64,000 nucleotides of DNA from a virus (IMGVR_UViG_3300037454_000475:1-64000); one strand, 5' to 3'; counted from the first letter of the stretch, positions 20,336 through 30,964 are shown. Notes: generated by a model not told the origin, from the letters alone. A program made the numbers and translations.

Positions 20336-21127
20336 TTATTTGTTTTCATATCCATTCAGTTGGGACTCATGGATAAGGAATCGGGTCTCCCAGTCCCCTA
20401 ACTTTGGATCTTTAATGAGGACATATCCAAAATCTTGCAACAATTGTATAAGGACGTCCCTTCTATTCTTATACATGGCTATATCATCGTCATTGTCTTT
20501 GAAAAACAATTCGATTCCACGATCCTGCCATAACTCAATAAGCAATGGTGGATAATTGTTACGAATGAGTGTTCCAATACCCGAACGGAGGGCGAACAAT
20601 TCAAACCCTTCTATATCCGCCTTGATAAGTCCAACATTTGTAAGGTTAAAACTATCCAAGGTACGGTATTCAATATCGTAGATGCCTTCAGGTTTGTTGG
20701 AGTTTTTGGTGTAATCCTCCGTCCAGCCGTTAAATTTGCGTATTCCCGGTGTATCACTGATCGCATATGGGATTACATCGATATCGGCTATCTTATCGAA
20801 TGAAAGCATATTGGCGTATATGAGGCATTGTTTCCTTTTATTTGGTTCGAATGCATATGAGTGGACAAATTTTGTAAATATTGGATACTCACCGGCTCCG
20901 GCCCCGATATCAACCAGTGATTTTGAAAAATCAAACCATCCGTATTTATTTTCATTGATTTGATCGATGATATTTGATTCCCAACAAACACCATCCTCAT
21001 GATGCACCCTCAAGTAATAATTCATCTCGTTAACCTCCTCATCGGTCATGAAAAAAGGGCGTCTATCGTTAATAACTCCGTTTATCGGTGCAGGATCAAT
21101 GCCCAAATATTTTGCGTGTATATCCAT
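20336..21127 (-). CDS. FkbM-family SAM methyltransferase (paralog)
   Basis: VDIGAGAG, AFEPN, LIKADIEGFE. Confidence 0.88.
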   Translation of the reverse strand: MDIHAKYLGIDPAPINGVINDRRPFFMTDEEVNEMNYYLRVHHEDGVCWESNIIDQINENKYGWFDFSKSLVDIGAGAGEYPIFTKFVHSYAFEPNKRKQCLIYANMLSFDKIADIDVIPYAISDTPGIRKFNGWTEDYTKNSNKPEGIYDIEYRTLDSFNLTNVGLIKADIEGFELFALRSGIGTLIRNNYPPLLIELWQDRGIELFFKDNDDDIAMYKNRRDVLIQLLQDFGYVLIKDPKLGDWETRFLIHESQLNGYENK

Positions 21128-21214
21128 GGTTTTAGTTTATTTCGTAAAAAATACGATAAAAAAAAGACACCTTTCGGTGTCCTTTGTGGTTTTGTCCTAA
21201 TATTCTACGAATTT

Positions 21215-21664
21215 TTATGCCTCCGGTTGTTCCGGGCGTTTGGCAGTCATTTCGTAAACGAGACTGTTGTAGAGGTCTTCCGGAGTGGCAAGCGGTTGCT
21301 TGGTGCCATCCTTTGAAATGTAGTACGAAGGTACCGGCTCCATCTGCCAGTTATCGGGGCCAACCGGCTCGAGAACCATGTAGTTCATCATTTCGAGCTC
21401 GTAGAAAAAGTAGTTGATGTGGTCGTACGCTTCTTCTTGCGTTTGGTTTTCTCCTACAAATCCGTAAGACAATGCCTCGAGGATCTTGTCAACCATCAAG
21501 CCCGTTGGCAAATGGAAGCTTTCCGGAGTGTGGAACTCGGCAAGGTCACCGGCTTCAACAAACGCCTGCTGGATGCTCTGTGCGAACTTCTCCTCGCGTT
21601 CTCTTTGTTCCTGCAAGGCCTTGATGATTTGTACGAAGGTTTCTTGATTCAATGGAGTGTTCAT
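21215..21664 (-). CDS. Hypothetical protein
   Basis: 149 aa ORF followed by terminator. Confidence 0.7.
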   Translation of the reverse strand: MNTPLNQETFVQIIKALQEQREREEKFAQSIQQAFVEAGDLAEFHTPESFHLPTGLMVDKILEALSYGFVGENQTQEEAYDHINYFFYELEMMNYMVLEPVGPDNWQMEPVPSYYISKDGTKQPLATPEDLYNSLVYEMTAKRPEQPEA

Positions 21665-21691
21665 GGTAATAGTATTTTTATTGGTATGTGA

Positions 21692-21940
21692 TTACTTGTT
21701 CGATTCGCGGCGGACTATGCGGATGGCCATGCCGTCACCATATTGCTTTTCAATTTGGTTGGTACTGCCAAAGTCAGTGTCCAAATGAATGGTGTCGTCC
21801 TCAATGGTACGGCCATACACCAAAATGTCGTCAACGAATCCAGCGCTGATGCTAATGTTTCCGGTGATATACACTTCGTATTCGGTGTTGTCGTTTCCGA
21901 CCAAAAGGAGCTCCTGCTTAATGTTATTTGCGTATTTCAT
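21692..21940 (-). CDS. Hypothetical protein
   Basis: 82 aa ORF behind promoter; resembles 22848-23102. Confidence 0.65.
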   Translation of the reverse strand: MKYANNIKQELLLVGNDNTEYEVYITGNISISAGFVDDILVYGRTIEDDTIHLDTDFGSTNQIEKQYGDGMAIRIVRRESNK

Positions 21941-21980
21941 ATGATTGGTGTTTTATACGGTTATATATAAACGGACATCG

Positions 21981-22598
21981 TCAATTCTTAACAAGATCGG
22001 CAAGATCATCCATGAATAATTGCTCCTGTTGGGTGCCGGAATAATTAATATAAAGGTATAATTCAACCTTGTCCTTATCGGTAACAAATTCACGAGCGCG
22101 AGTCCTTTCATCCACATCGTTTCCGTAGTATATATTGCTATACACCATGTTGGCCCGGAACTCAAACCATTCAATTTTATGTTGGAGTTCGTGAGGTAAG
22201 TCCTTGAAGTAGAACGTGTTACCTTCCGGATGCTCCCAATCGAGAACGATTGGAAATTCGTTACGGAGGAAACCGATCACCGTGGTGAATCGTTGTTTAC
22301 CATCGATGATCTGCCACACCAGCGGGTATTCCGCCTTACGGTCACGCACCTGAACGATTGTCAAAGGCGGGATCTTCACACCCTTGAAAATGGAAATGAT
22401 GAGGTTGGACTTTTGGAGAGGTGTCCAACAAAGGTCGCGTTGAAGGTTACGTCCGTAGGTCGGGAGCCACACATCGAAGTCGATTTTTGGTTCATCCGGG
22501 CATTCAAGATAATACCTCATCTCAAATACCGTAAGCCCCTCGCTTATGTGGCAATTGAATCGGGGTTTGAAATATTGTATGAGATCTTCCGGTGTCAT
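21981..22598 (-). CDS. DUF262 (GmrS/ParB-like) domain protein
   Basis: QRDLCW, LIISI..G..IP, IIDGKQR..T, YINYSG. Confidence 0.82.
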   Translation of the reverse strand: MTPEDLIQYFKPRFNCHISEGLTVFEMRYYLECPDEPKIDFDVWLPTYGRNLQRDLCWTPLQKSNLIISIFKGVKIPPLTIVQVRDRKAEYPLVWQIIDGKQRFTTVIGFLRNEFPIVLDWEHPEGNTFYFKDLPHELQHKIEWFEFRANMVYSNIYYGNDVDERTRAREFVTDKDKVELYLYINYSGTQQEQLFMDDLADLVKN

Positions 22599-22599
22599 A

Positions 22600-22845
22600 T
22601 TAGTCGAGGTATTCAACCTCCTCCATTTTTACGGTTACTATATTGAACGATGATGGCCAGTTACCACCGAATGCCTTGCCGTATTTTTCAAGCCAACGGC
22701 GGGAACCGGCAACACAATGCCGGGCGGCATCCTCGTTCTTGAAGAACTTGGCGGAAAATATTGACTTTGTAAACTCGGTTGCACAGTCAGTACCGGTCTT
22801 CACATAACGGCCATCGTTGGTTTTGATTATGATACGGGTTTCCAT
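22600..22845 (-). CDS. Hypothetical protein
   Basis: 81 aa ORF. Confidence 0.65.
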   Translation of the reverse strand: METRIIIKTNDGRYVKTGTDCATEFTKSIFSAKFFKNEDAARHCVAGSRRWLEKYGKAFGGNWPSSFNIVTVKMEEVEYLD

Positions 22846-22847
22846 GG

Positions 22848-23102
22848 TTAATTGTGGCTTTTCATAATGACAATTGCAGCCTCAATATCCGGGGTCACAT
22901 ATGCCCGGCAACAAACTCCGGATTCAGCGCAGGCGACCGGGAGATTGATAATGTCCACAGGTAAACCGGCGTGAAATACGTGGATTGCATCCTCCGATTC
23001 GTAGCAGGAAATTTCAAGATCGCCTTCGACAACAACATTGTATCCAACGCCGTTATTATCGCGGACGAATAGCTTTTGTTCAATGAGTTCTACGAGTTTC
23101 AT
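22848..23102 (-). CDS. Hypothetical protein
   Basis: 84 aa ORF. Confidence 0.65.
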   Translation of the reverse strand: MKLVELIEQKLFVRDNNGVGYNVVVEGDLEISCYESEDAIHVFHAGLPVDIINLPVACAESGVCCRAYVTPDIEAAIVIMKSHN

Positions 23103-23119
23103 ATGTGTGTCCTCCTATA

Positions 23120-23305
23120 TTATTCAATGTCCGGGATGGGTTCGCCCTTGCAGTACAAGGCACCGCCACCAAAAACGCCGATTGCGAACACGGCGACCAG
23201 TAAAAAGATGCCTCCCAAAGAGATGTCCGAATCCAGGGCACAACCGGCTGCGAGGCCAATGAACATTGCTAAACTACCGATGACTTTGCGAATGATCTTT
23301 TTCAT
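23120..23305 (-). CDS. Small membrane protein
   Basis: Two hydrophobic segments; behind promoter. Confidence 0.65.
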   Translation of the reverse strand: MKKIIRKVIGSLAMFIGLAAGCALDSDISLGGIFLLVAVFAIGVFGGGALYCKGEPIPDIE

Positions 23306-23452
23306 TTTTATTTTCCTTTCCTATTTACTGAACCGGAACTATTCCGACTCTTCTCGGGTATATATAACCGGGATCACAGGAAACTTAACAAAAAAACTCC
23401 GGACAATTCGAAGATTATCCGGAGTTTTTCCTTCATTTACTATTAGGATCGA

Positions 23453-25030
23453 TTACTCTGCACCGGCGGGCTCTTCCACCTTACCGGCAGTAGTGTCGGC
23501 ATCTGCTGGCTTGCGGCTGACGCCTTTGTCACTGCGGGGCTTACGGGTTGGAACTTGCTCCGCAGGAGCCGGATTCATGACGGCGAAAGGATTATTGCCA
23601 CCCATGAACATGGACATCATCATGAGCTTTTCGAAACCTTCTCCTTTGATGTCGTCCTTCATCAGGGCCATCAACATGAGTGGGTTCATTTGACCGTTAC
23701 CGGCCATGCCAGGGAACTGGAAGTTGAATCCGGAATTTCCGCCCATCGCCATGGACATCATCATGAGTTTTTCGAGGCCTTCACCCTTGAAACCATCCTT
23801 CATCACGGCCATCATCATGATAGGATTCATTTGACCATCACCACCCATACCGGTGAACTGGAAGTTTTCAAACAAGTTGATAATAACCTCCACGGTAGTG
23901 AGACCGGTGAGCTTGTCGGTGGTGATTGCCGTTTCATCCTTGGTGCCGCTGAATCGGAGAACTGTGAGACCCGTGGGCTGACCATCCTTGGTCTTGTTAA
24001 TGGCGGTAACCTTGGCGAGCTTACGGCCTTCTGCAGTTGTGGTGAGGAATACGTAGTCGCCGACCTTGACCTGATTGAGCGGGCGCTGTATGCTGTAGAA
24101 TGGGATGTCCTGAATGATGAACTCTGCAGGATAGTTTTCGATGTGGTCACCCACAATCGCTACATATTCGTCCGGGCCATTGGGCAATGCGATGTTGCCG
24201 TCCATGGTTAACGAAAGACCATCGATCTTTGTAGGGATAATCTGTCCCTTGTACTTGTTGAGCATTCTCTCAAACAAACTGTTTTTAGTAGGTGCTGTCA
24301 TAATTGATTGTGATTTAGTTTTTACTTTATCGGCCTCGGAGGTCTCCTCGGCATTATTATATATCGGTTTTTTGTGCGAATTTAAGTCGGGTTTGTAAAT
24401 TTTCGATGAATTTTCAGGCGTTGGATATATGGGATCCTCAAAATATTCCGTCATTCCCCCAATGCATCGGATACCGGCATGTTCTATTTTGTCGTCCATA
24501 CACTCGTAATGTGATGCGGCTATATGATGGAGACTGATATCGTCCTTGCCGAAGTACTGCTTCGGATCATCACTCTTACATAAGAATTTTTTACACATCT
24601 TACAATCCCCCTCACAATGCGGAAATCCAAAAACGGCGGAATTTTTCGGATAGCTGATTATTTGGTATCCGGCTCCGTGAGCCCTGTTAATGGATATGGT
24701 TTTTGTCCCATCATTACCTTTTGCCGTAGGAACACCGGTGGTTGCAAACGAAGTACATACGTCAATATATACATTGCTATCCTTGACATTGATGGTTATG
24801 TATCGGAAAGCATCCCTTGATGAATGGATTGCGGTATCACCATTGATCACGGTGCATTTCTTGCCGGTCTCCTTATCGATACAGCAAACCCAATTTTCGT
24901 AGGACTTACATACGATATCCGTGATTGTGCTTGCCTTATGAATGAAAACATTGAATTTAAGCGACATACAATAATCGGCAAACCCATCAACAATGGCATT
25001 GATAAGTGTCGTATTGTTTTCATCCTGCAT
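23453..25030 (-). CDS. Hypothetical protein with Met/Gly-rich duplicated C-terminal repeat
   Basis: 525 aa; two copies of GQMNP.M.MA.MKD..KGEG.EKLMMMSM. Confidence 0.7.
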   Translation of the reverse strand: MQDENNTTLINAIVDGFADYCMSLKFNVFIHKASTITDIVCKSYENWVCCIDKETGKKCTVINGDTAIHSSRDAFRYITINVKDSNVYIDVCTSFATTGVPTAKGNDGTKTISINRAHGAGYQIISYPKNSAVFGFPHCEGDCKMCKKFLCKSDDPKQYFGKDDISLHHIAASHYECMDDKIEHAGIRCIGGMTEYFEDPIYPTPENSSKIYKPDLNSHKKPIYNNAEETSEADKVKTKSQSIMTAPTKNSLFERMLNKYKGQIIPTKIDGLSLTMDGNIALPNGPDEYVAIVGDHIENYPAEFIIQDIPFYSIQRPLNQVKVGDYVFLTTTAEGRKLAKVTAINKTKDGQPTGLTVLRFSGTKDETAITTDKLTGLTTVEVIINLFENFQFTGMGGDGQMNPIMMMAVMKDGFKGEGLEKLMMMSMAMGGNSGFNFQFPGMAGNGQMNPLMLMALMKDDIKGEGFEKLMMMSMFMGGNNPFAVMNPAPAEQVPTRKPRSDKGVSRKPADADTTAGKVEEPAGAE

Positions 25031-25051
25031 TAGTGCGGCTGTGTCAAAGAT

Positions 25052-25456
25052 CTACCCATTATATGTTTCCTGCTGAATCCAGTTATCAATACCAACAATT
25101 ATAGAGGCTTTTTGTAAAAGGTTCAATGAAACAACATAGTCCGGTAGCGGCCAATCGTGGTTGAAATCCGGATGGTACTGATTCTGATATTCGAATATTT
25201 GATGTATGTCACATCCGGTTTTATGTACGATACCGTCCTTTATGATATACAGTGAATGGCACTCCGTGGGATCCCATACAAAATTCGATACATTCTTGAC
25301 ACCTAATCGCTTGAATATATGATATAGTACCCGGCTATTCCATTTTGAGGTCGGTACATCAATATAGAACAGGTGTGAATAATCGAATGGATATACAACG
25401 GTATTATCGGGTGATACCGGTACACCATCAACGTTTATCGGTGGAAGTTTTACCAT
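25052..25456 (-). CDS. Hypothetical protein
   Basis: 134 aa ORF. Confidence 0.6.
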   Translation of the reverse strand: MVKLPPINVDGVPVSPDNTVVYPFDYSHLFYIDVPTSKWNSRVLYHIFKRLGVKNVSNFVWDPTECHSLYIIKDGIVHKTGCDIHQIFEYQNQYHPDFNHDWPLPDYVVSLNLLQKASIIVGIDNWIQQETYNG

Positions 25457-25472
25457 GTATTGTCATTTTGAT

Positions 25473-26306
25473 TTATTCTGCATACCATGTACTTGACATG
25501 ATGATACTTAATATGTGATGCATATAGCTGCGCTGACGTTCAAGTTCCTTCATTCTCTGCTTGAGATCATGGATGATCTTTGAGGTATTGTTGAATGCCG
25601 GATTGAGAATGAGCTTGCAAAATTTATCATAGTACATATATCGATCCTCTCCAATGCATACGCTATTTGAAACACGAGTTGTACGGAACGCATCCATGGC
25701 ATTTGATATGAATCTCATATCCGCATTACGGCTGGCGATCAATTTACGGTTGACTTCGATTGCATCACTACATTCCGTAATACCATCACGTAAGCTGCAA
25801 AGGAAATTGCCGATGGAGAACTTCTTTCCATCTTCATCACCATCACACAATGATACCACGGTTTGATGTGGCTTGATCCACCCATTGGTACATACCTTAA
25901 ATTCATCATATCTATGTGCCTCATTGAACCCAAGCAGCCACATGATGCGGCCAAGTTTCCGGTCAATCTCATGCAATGATATGAAACGGAAATGGTTGGA
26001 CAACATGGATTCGATGGAATGGGCCAAATCCCGGATGTGGAAATCCCGGGGATCCTTAATATTTCCCTCGTATGGAACCCAATATTTGGGGCGATTTTCA
26101 AATTCATGTTCATCGAAGGCCTTGATGCCTGCGGACATGACTCGATCGTTATCAACCCGGGAGTTATGATGAGTGGCATCCGGTCGGCGGACAATCCGCG
26201 TACCGCATGGCTGATAGTTCTCATCAAGATAAAGAATTTTACTTACAAGTGTTGCCCTCGTTTTGACGGTAGGCTCGTAATCGCCCATTGTTGCGGTTTT
26301 ACTCAT
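25473..26306 (-). CDS. Hypothetical protein
   Basis: 277 aa; N-terminus shared with 26367-26813. Confidence 0.7.
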   Translation of the reverse strand: MSKTATMGDYEPTVKTRATLVSKILYLDENYQPCGTRIVRRPDATHHNSRVDNDRVMSAGIKAFDEHEFENRPKYWVPYEGNIKDPRDFHIRDLAHSIESMLSNHFRFISLHEIDRKLGRIMWLLGFNEAHRYDEFKVCTNGWIKPHQTVVSLCDGDEDGKKFSIGNFLCSLRDGITECSDAIEVNRKLIASRNADMRFISNAMDAFRTTRVSNSVCIGEDRYMYYDKFCKLILNPAFNNTSKIIHDLKQRMKELERQRSYMHHILSIIMSSTWYAE

Positions 26307-26366
26307 GATGTATCGGTTTGATATTACAGATATATATATTCAAACACGGTGAATATTAACGATGGG

Positions 26367-26813
26367 TTACCACGTTCTTTTGCTTCCGTAATTTTTGTTC
26401 ACCTTGTATTCGGATAACAGATCTTCAAGGCCCTTGCTGATGTTGGAAATACATGCATCTCCAAGGTGGGTGCGGCAAGCCTTGAGACATTCAAGGGTGA
26501 TATTGACGATTTCATCACCAACGATCTCGTTGGATTTGGTCACCATCGATTTGATGAAATCCGTGGCGGATGTCTTACCTTCGGATTGATCCCAAAGGCA
26601 TGCAACCGATTGGGCAAGTTCGTCCATATCCATTGCGACAACAAGCCCCATATCAAGCTCCCTCTCCGAAAACGGCGTTGGATCCTCGCCATGGGCACTC
26701 TTCTTGGAATAGTCTACCAAGGTGCGGAGTTCCCCGTCCATTTCATTCGGAACCATGACCTTGACTTTGCTGATGGTGGGCTCGTAATCGCCCAATGTTA
26801 CGATTTTACTCAT
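26367..26813 (-). CDS. Hypothetical protein
   Basis: 148 aa; MSK..T.GDYEPT N-terminus. Confidence 0.7.
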   Translation of the reverse strand: MSKIVTLGDYEPTISKVKVMVPNEMDGELRTLVDYSKKSAHGEDPTPFSERELDMGLVVAMDMDELAQSVACLWDQSEGKTSATDFIKSMVTKSNEIVGDEIVNITLECLKACRTHLGDACISNISKGLEDLLSEYKVNKNYGSKRTW

Positions 26814-26863
26814 GATATGTCGATTTGAAATTATGGATATATATAATCGGGCACCGGTGAATG

Positions 26864-27382
26864 TTAACGTGGTTTGACCCGGGATTTAGTGGGTTGTCTT
26901 TTCCGGTGGTGATATACACGAATGTGAGGTTTGCGAATGACAACCTCAAAATCCAAAGCGGTTGGAAGCACACCCACACTATATAAATGTGTTGGATCCA
27001 TAACCGCGACACCGGCCGGGGCAATGTAAAGACTGGGATTCAATGGTGGTGCGGATAATATCGGAGGTATGATTGGTAATGGTGGTGCCAACGGTATTAC
27101 CGGGACATCTTTTGCCGGAACTGATAGCTCATAATCGGGTTTGGATATGACTGGGGGAAACGGAAGTGATGGATCAAAACCATTTACTCCATATATGGCT
27201 CTTTCCGAAATCATCTTACTCACCTCAAGGATACGTTTTTCCAAACGCTTACGCCAAAAATAACGATATATGGTACCCCACGGCCACTTGCTGTTTTGAA
27301 GTTTCCAGCCCATTCGCCACCTTAATGACGCATACTTGTGCTTAAATGAATATTTGTCAATTTGAATGTTTAATGTATCCAT
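26864..27382 (-). CDS. Hypothetical Pro-rich protein
   Basis: 172 aa ORF overlapping helicase stop. Confidence 0.6.
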   Translation of the reverse strand: MDTLNIQIDKYSFKHKYASLRWRMGWKLQNSKWPWGTIYRYFWRKRLEKRILEVSKMISERAIYGVNGFDPSLPFPPVISKPDYELSVPAKDVPVIPLAPPLPIIPPILSAPPLNPSLYIAPAGVAVMDPTHLYSVGVLPTALDFEVVIRKPHIRVYHHRKRQPTKSRVKPR

Positions 27383-28788
27383 GTTATTTCTCGTGCTTTC
27401 ATTACATTATCTATTATCACAGGATCCTCATCGCCGGCTTGGTAACATATTTCTTCCGCCACCTTATCAAGTGGTTTAAGGGTTCGTACAAAACTATTGA
27501 TGTATCTGTTGGTAAATACGGATGAAAATTTCACCGGCGAAAGTAGGTGGAGGCCTTCCAGTGACCGGCAACGGGAAAGGGCCACATATACCTGTCCGAA
27601 GGCGAACGCCCTGGCGGCATCTATGTTTACCTTATCAAATGTCAATCCTTGTGCTTTATGGATGGTCACCGCCCATGCCGGCTTTAAAGGGTATTGTTCA
27701 AACATACCTTCCACCACCTGTTCGATGTCATCATTTTCCTCCGAATGCCTATACTTCACATTTGTCCATCCGACCCGGCCAACTTCAAGTGTTCTTCCGT
27801 CATCGGTTTTAACCCGGATCGAGGTGGAATCCGCTATATCAATGAACTCAATGATTGTACCCAACATACCATTATAGTATGAGGTTTCCTCATCGCCTTT
27901 GTTATTCTTGATAAACATTACACGTTCACCAACCTTCATCATTAATTGGGCGTCAATCGGATAAAGATTCACCGGAAAGTTGCCTTCCACCTTTGCGTCA
28001 AATATACGTAACCGGCCATCCAGCTTATTCATGTTATCCTCGTTGATTTGATTGGCTTGGAAATTATGGGTACACAAGGTGATTGCTCCCGGATCCATGT
28101 GTCCAATACGACTGTTGATCGTGCGGAGGGCATCAATATCCACGGTATTATCACGGAATTTATTCAAAACCTTCACAAAATCAATGTTTTCCTGACGATA
28201 TACCTTTTGGAGTTCGATGGAAACTATTTTGTTGCCGATGAATAATTCCTTGAATGCCTTGGATGAAAAGAAAAATGGTGATTTGTATACCTGATTGATA
28301 TACTTGGCTTCTTGTTCCTTAACCACTGGTGGTAACTGATAGATATCGCCGATCAGTAATAACTGAACTCCACCAAAAGGCTCCTCGCTGTGACGTGCCT
28401 TTTTAAGGGTGTCGGAAATTGCATCCATCATATCGGCTCGTACCATGGAAATCTCATCTATAACGAGCAATTCGAGGGCCTTCATAAGACCCCATTTAGC
28501 ACGTTGCATCTTACGATGATCCTTGGTGTCATATGCCGTCATAAATTCCGGAAAGTCCGGGAGGTATGGCTCCGGTGGTAATTGGAAAAATGAATTTATT
28601 GTAACTCCGCCCGCATTGATGGCTGCAATTCCGGTTGGGGCCACGACCACAAACTTCTTCTCACACGTTTCACATAGATTCTTTAGAAACGTTGTTTTAC
28701 CGGTACCGGCCTTACCCGTTAGGAAAAGGGAGAGGTTGGTGCGATTGATACATTTTAATGCGAGATTATATTGTAAGTTGTCTTCCAT
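27370..28788 (-). CDS. Pif1/RecD-like SF1B DNA helicase
   Basis: TGKAGTGKT, APTGIAA, IDEISM, GDIYQLPPV, TIHKAQG, YVALSR. Confidence 0.92.
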   Translation of the reverse strand: MEDNLQYNLALKCINRTNLSLFLTGKAGTGKTTFLKNLCETCEKKFVVVAPTGIAAINAGGVTINSFFQLPPEPYLPDFPEFMTAYDTKDHRKMQRAKWGLMKALELLVIDEISMVRADMMDAISDTLKKARHSEEPFGGVQLLLIGDIYQLPPVVKEQEAKYINQVYKSPFFFSSKAFKELFIGNKIVSIELQKVYRQENIDFVKVLNKFRDNTVDIDALRTINSRIGHMDPGAITLCTHNFQANQINEDNMNKLDGRLRIFDAKVEGNFPVNLYPIDAQLMMKVGERVMFIKNNKGDEETSYYNGMLGTIIEFIDIADSTSIRVKTDDGRTLEVGRVGWTNVKYRHSEENDDIEQVVEGMFEQYPLKPAWAVTIHKAQGLTFDKVNIDAARAFAFGQVYVALSRCRSLEGLHLLSPVKFSSVFTNRYINSFVRTLKPLDKVAEEICYQAGDEDPVIIDNVMKAREITWIH

Positions 28789-28829
28789 GTCGATATATAA
28801 AGGATTTGACCCGGAAATTAACTATCTTC

Positions 28830-29198
28830 TTACATCAATTCCTTTGTCACCTTGCCACATTTACGACAGGTATATACTCGATATGTATTGTGTACGGCAA
28901 AATGTTTATCCGGAGTTATTGGGCTTCCATTTTCATCCAAGTATTCCTCCTCGTAATCCATGGACGAACACTCCCGGCAATTATGGTATAACCAATCCGG
29001 CAACCGGAATGTATCATCCATCAATGAGGCAAGGACAAAAGCCCATGACATGGAAACGGATAGAATAATACTGGTAACCAAAAACGTTTTGGGATGATCG
29101 TAACACTTATAATCACGGAGTTTCTCGTTACCAAGTAAGGCCACCACGGAACCGGATAGCCAAATAATTATAAGCCATATCAAATCACTGGTACTCAT
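28830..29198 (-). CDS. Membrane protein with Cys-rich C-terminus
   Basis: Two hydrophobic segments, C..C motifs. Confidence 0.65.
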   Translation of the reverse strand: MSTSDLIWLIIIWLSGSVVALLGNEKLRDYKCYDHPKTFLVTSIILSVSMSWAFVLASLMDDTFRLPDWLYHNCRECSSMDYEEEYLDENGSPITPDKHFAVHNTYRVYTCRKCGKVTKELM

Positions 29199-29758
29199 GA
29201 GTTTAATTGTTTGTATATTGCATGGATCACCTTTGCATCATAAAGTGAGTTGTGCTTATCCCCTTCGATGGGTGTAAGTATAATATCCTCACGGCACATA
29301 TCAAAGGCTTCTTTTTCGGATACCCGGTAGTACCATGCGATATCCTGATTGATATCATGGCATGATGCATTCACATTCGATGGTATATCGAAGGCACCAC
29401 CAAAAAGATCGATAAATAATACCATATCATAATGACACACGTCCGAAACCAATTCCACGGAATCGTATTTGGATAACCATGTCTTGAGTGCACCGGCGAT
29501 TGCCTCTTTTGTACCATAAACTTCGATACTGTCATTCGATATGTTATATACATGAACCTTATGATCCGTATTGACCGGAAACTTTAGATACTTTAGATGG
29601 GCAATAACATTGTTTTTGATCCATTCATTGACCTGATCCTTGGCGTAATCGCAAAATTCCGCATAAAACGTTCTGCCATTTTCATCAACACATCCCATCG
29701 AAATAAGGGTTGTGTCCTTGTGAAGTCCGGTAAATTCAGTGTCGAAAAATATCTTCAT
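29195..29758 (-). CDS. DEDDh 3'-5' exoribonuclease (DUF5051/RNase AS-like)
   Basis: FFDTEFTG, LISMG, FYAE, KHNSLYDA. Confidence 0.85.
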   Translation of the reverse strand: MKIFFDTEFTGLHKDTTLISMGCVDENGRTFYAEFCDYAKDQVNEWIKNNVIAHLKYLKFPVNTDHKVHVYNISNDSIEVYGTKEAIAGALKTWLSKYDSVELVSDVCHYDMVLFIDLFGGAFDIPSNVNASCHDINQDIAWYYRVSEKEAFDMCREDIILTPIEGDKHNSLYDAKVIHAIYKQLNS

Positions 29759-29943
29759 ACCTTAACATCCGTATATTTTGTTTTACCACATTTTGTACAG
29801 GTATACTCATAACGTCCGCCAAGTATGTTTCGGTAGTCGCCATGGATCTCCTGTGAGAATTTCCATTCATGGTTACATGATCTGCTTTTGAAACCAAACT
29901 TGATCATTTCCCATATCAATCGTATTGTGGATACTTTACTCAT
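29755..29943 (-). CDS. Small Zn-ribbon protein
   Basis: CNHEW...CTKCG. Confidence 0.6.
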   Translation of the reverse strand: MSKVSTIRLIWEMIKFGFKSRSCNHEWKFSQEIHGDYRNILGGRYEYTCTKCGKTKYTDVKV

Positions 29944-29963
29944 AATTTATGTCATTTATTTTG

Positions 29964-30299
29964 TCAAAATATGCTTAATTGTTCACCGCGATATTTCCGG
30001 ATTGTCCCGGTTAGGTCTTGTGTATCGCACAATTCCATGTATAATTTTTCCGGATCACCTTTTTGCCACTCGTACGGAGTAACATCCTGAATATACTCCG
30101 GTGGAATAATCCGGTTTGTCCGCATCTTATAGTATTTAGCCTGTGCCGGTGTGACCAATTGAAAGGTTCTAACCATCCATTCGAAGAAATCAACATCCGT
30201 GTCGATTATCCGCTCGATGGTTTTGCCGGCGTGTTTGGTATACCACATCATCACAACCGGCCATTCATGCCGATGGTTTTTAGTTATTGGGCCGATCAT
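29964..30299 (-). CDS. Hypothetical protein
   Basis: 111 aa ORF; start uncertain. Confidence 0.6.
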   Translation of the reverse strand: MIGPITKNHRHEWPVVMMWYTKHAGKTIERIIDTDVDFFEWMVRTFQLVTPAQAKYYKMRTNRIIPPEYIQDVTPYEWQKGDPEKLYMELCDTQDLTGTIRKYRGEQLSIF

Positions 30300-30876
30300 A
30301 GCTATTCATTTTGAACCATTCTATAACTTCGTTCACGGACACCGGAGTCCAGTCATGGAACTCAACATTCACATTACAGTATACCGGATATTTTATCGAA
30401 TTATAATCCGCATTACTACGGAGAGGAACCGGATAACACAACGGAACGTATCCGATCGCCGGAATTGGGTGGTGGATATGTCCGTGTATGTTGAAATCGA
30501 AAAACTTTAGTTCATCGGAGTGCACCGGATAATGAGTCAATATGATGGATTTATCCATGATTTTAATGACATCTCCCGGCATACGCACCGTACATTTCTC
30601 CCCCTCATTGAATAATTTGCAGGTATTGAATGAGTCGTGGTTTCCCGGGATGAGGATCTTATGTCCTTTGAGACGCTCATGGATGAACTCCACGGCGGAT
30701 GGCTGGAAGACTATTGATATATCTCCAAGGATATACACAAGGTCTTCATCATTGACCACATCATTCCAACGTTTGGCCATTATCTCACGATATGACTGTG
30801 CATTTGGAAACTTACGATACATGGCGATATCATCGTCATATAAATGTAAATCGGCCGTAAAAAATAATTGTCTCAT
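30280..30876 (-). CDS. Calcineurin-like metallophosphoesterase
   Basis: ADLH, LGD, GNHD, THYP, HGHIH. Confidence 0.88.
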   Translation of the reverse strand: MRQLFFTADLHLYDDDIAMYRKFPNAQSYREIMAKRWNDVVNDEDLVYILGDISIVFQPSAVEFIHERLKGHKILIPGNHDSFNTCKLFNEGEKCTVRMPGDVIKIMDKSIILTHYPVHSDELKFFDFNIHGHIHHPIPAIGYVPLCYPVPLRSNADYNSIKYPVYCNVNVEFHDWTPVSVNEVIEWFKMNSYDRPNN

Positions 30877-30964
30877 AGTCTGCTTGATATACACTACGTA
30901 GAAATATATGAAATCAACAATATGTTTTTAATATAGGTATTATATATAAAAAGACGAGTAAAAA

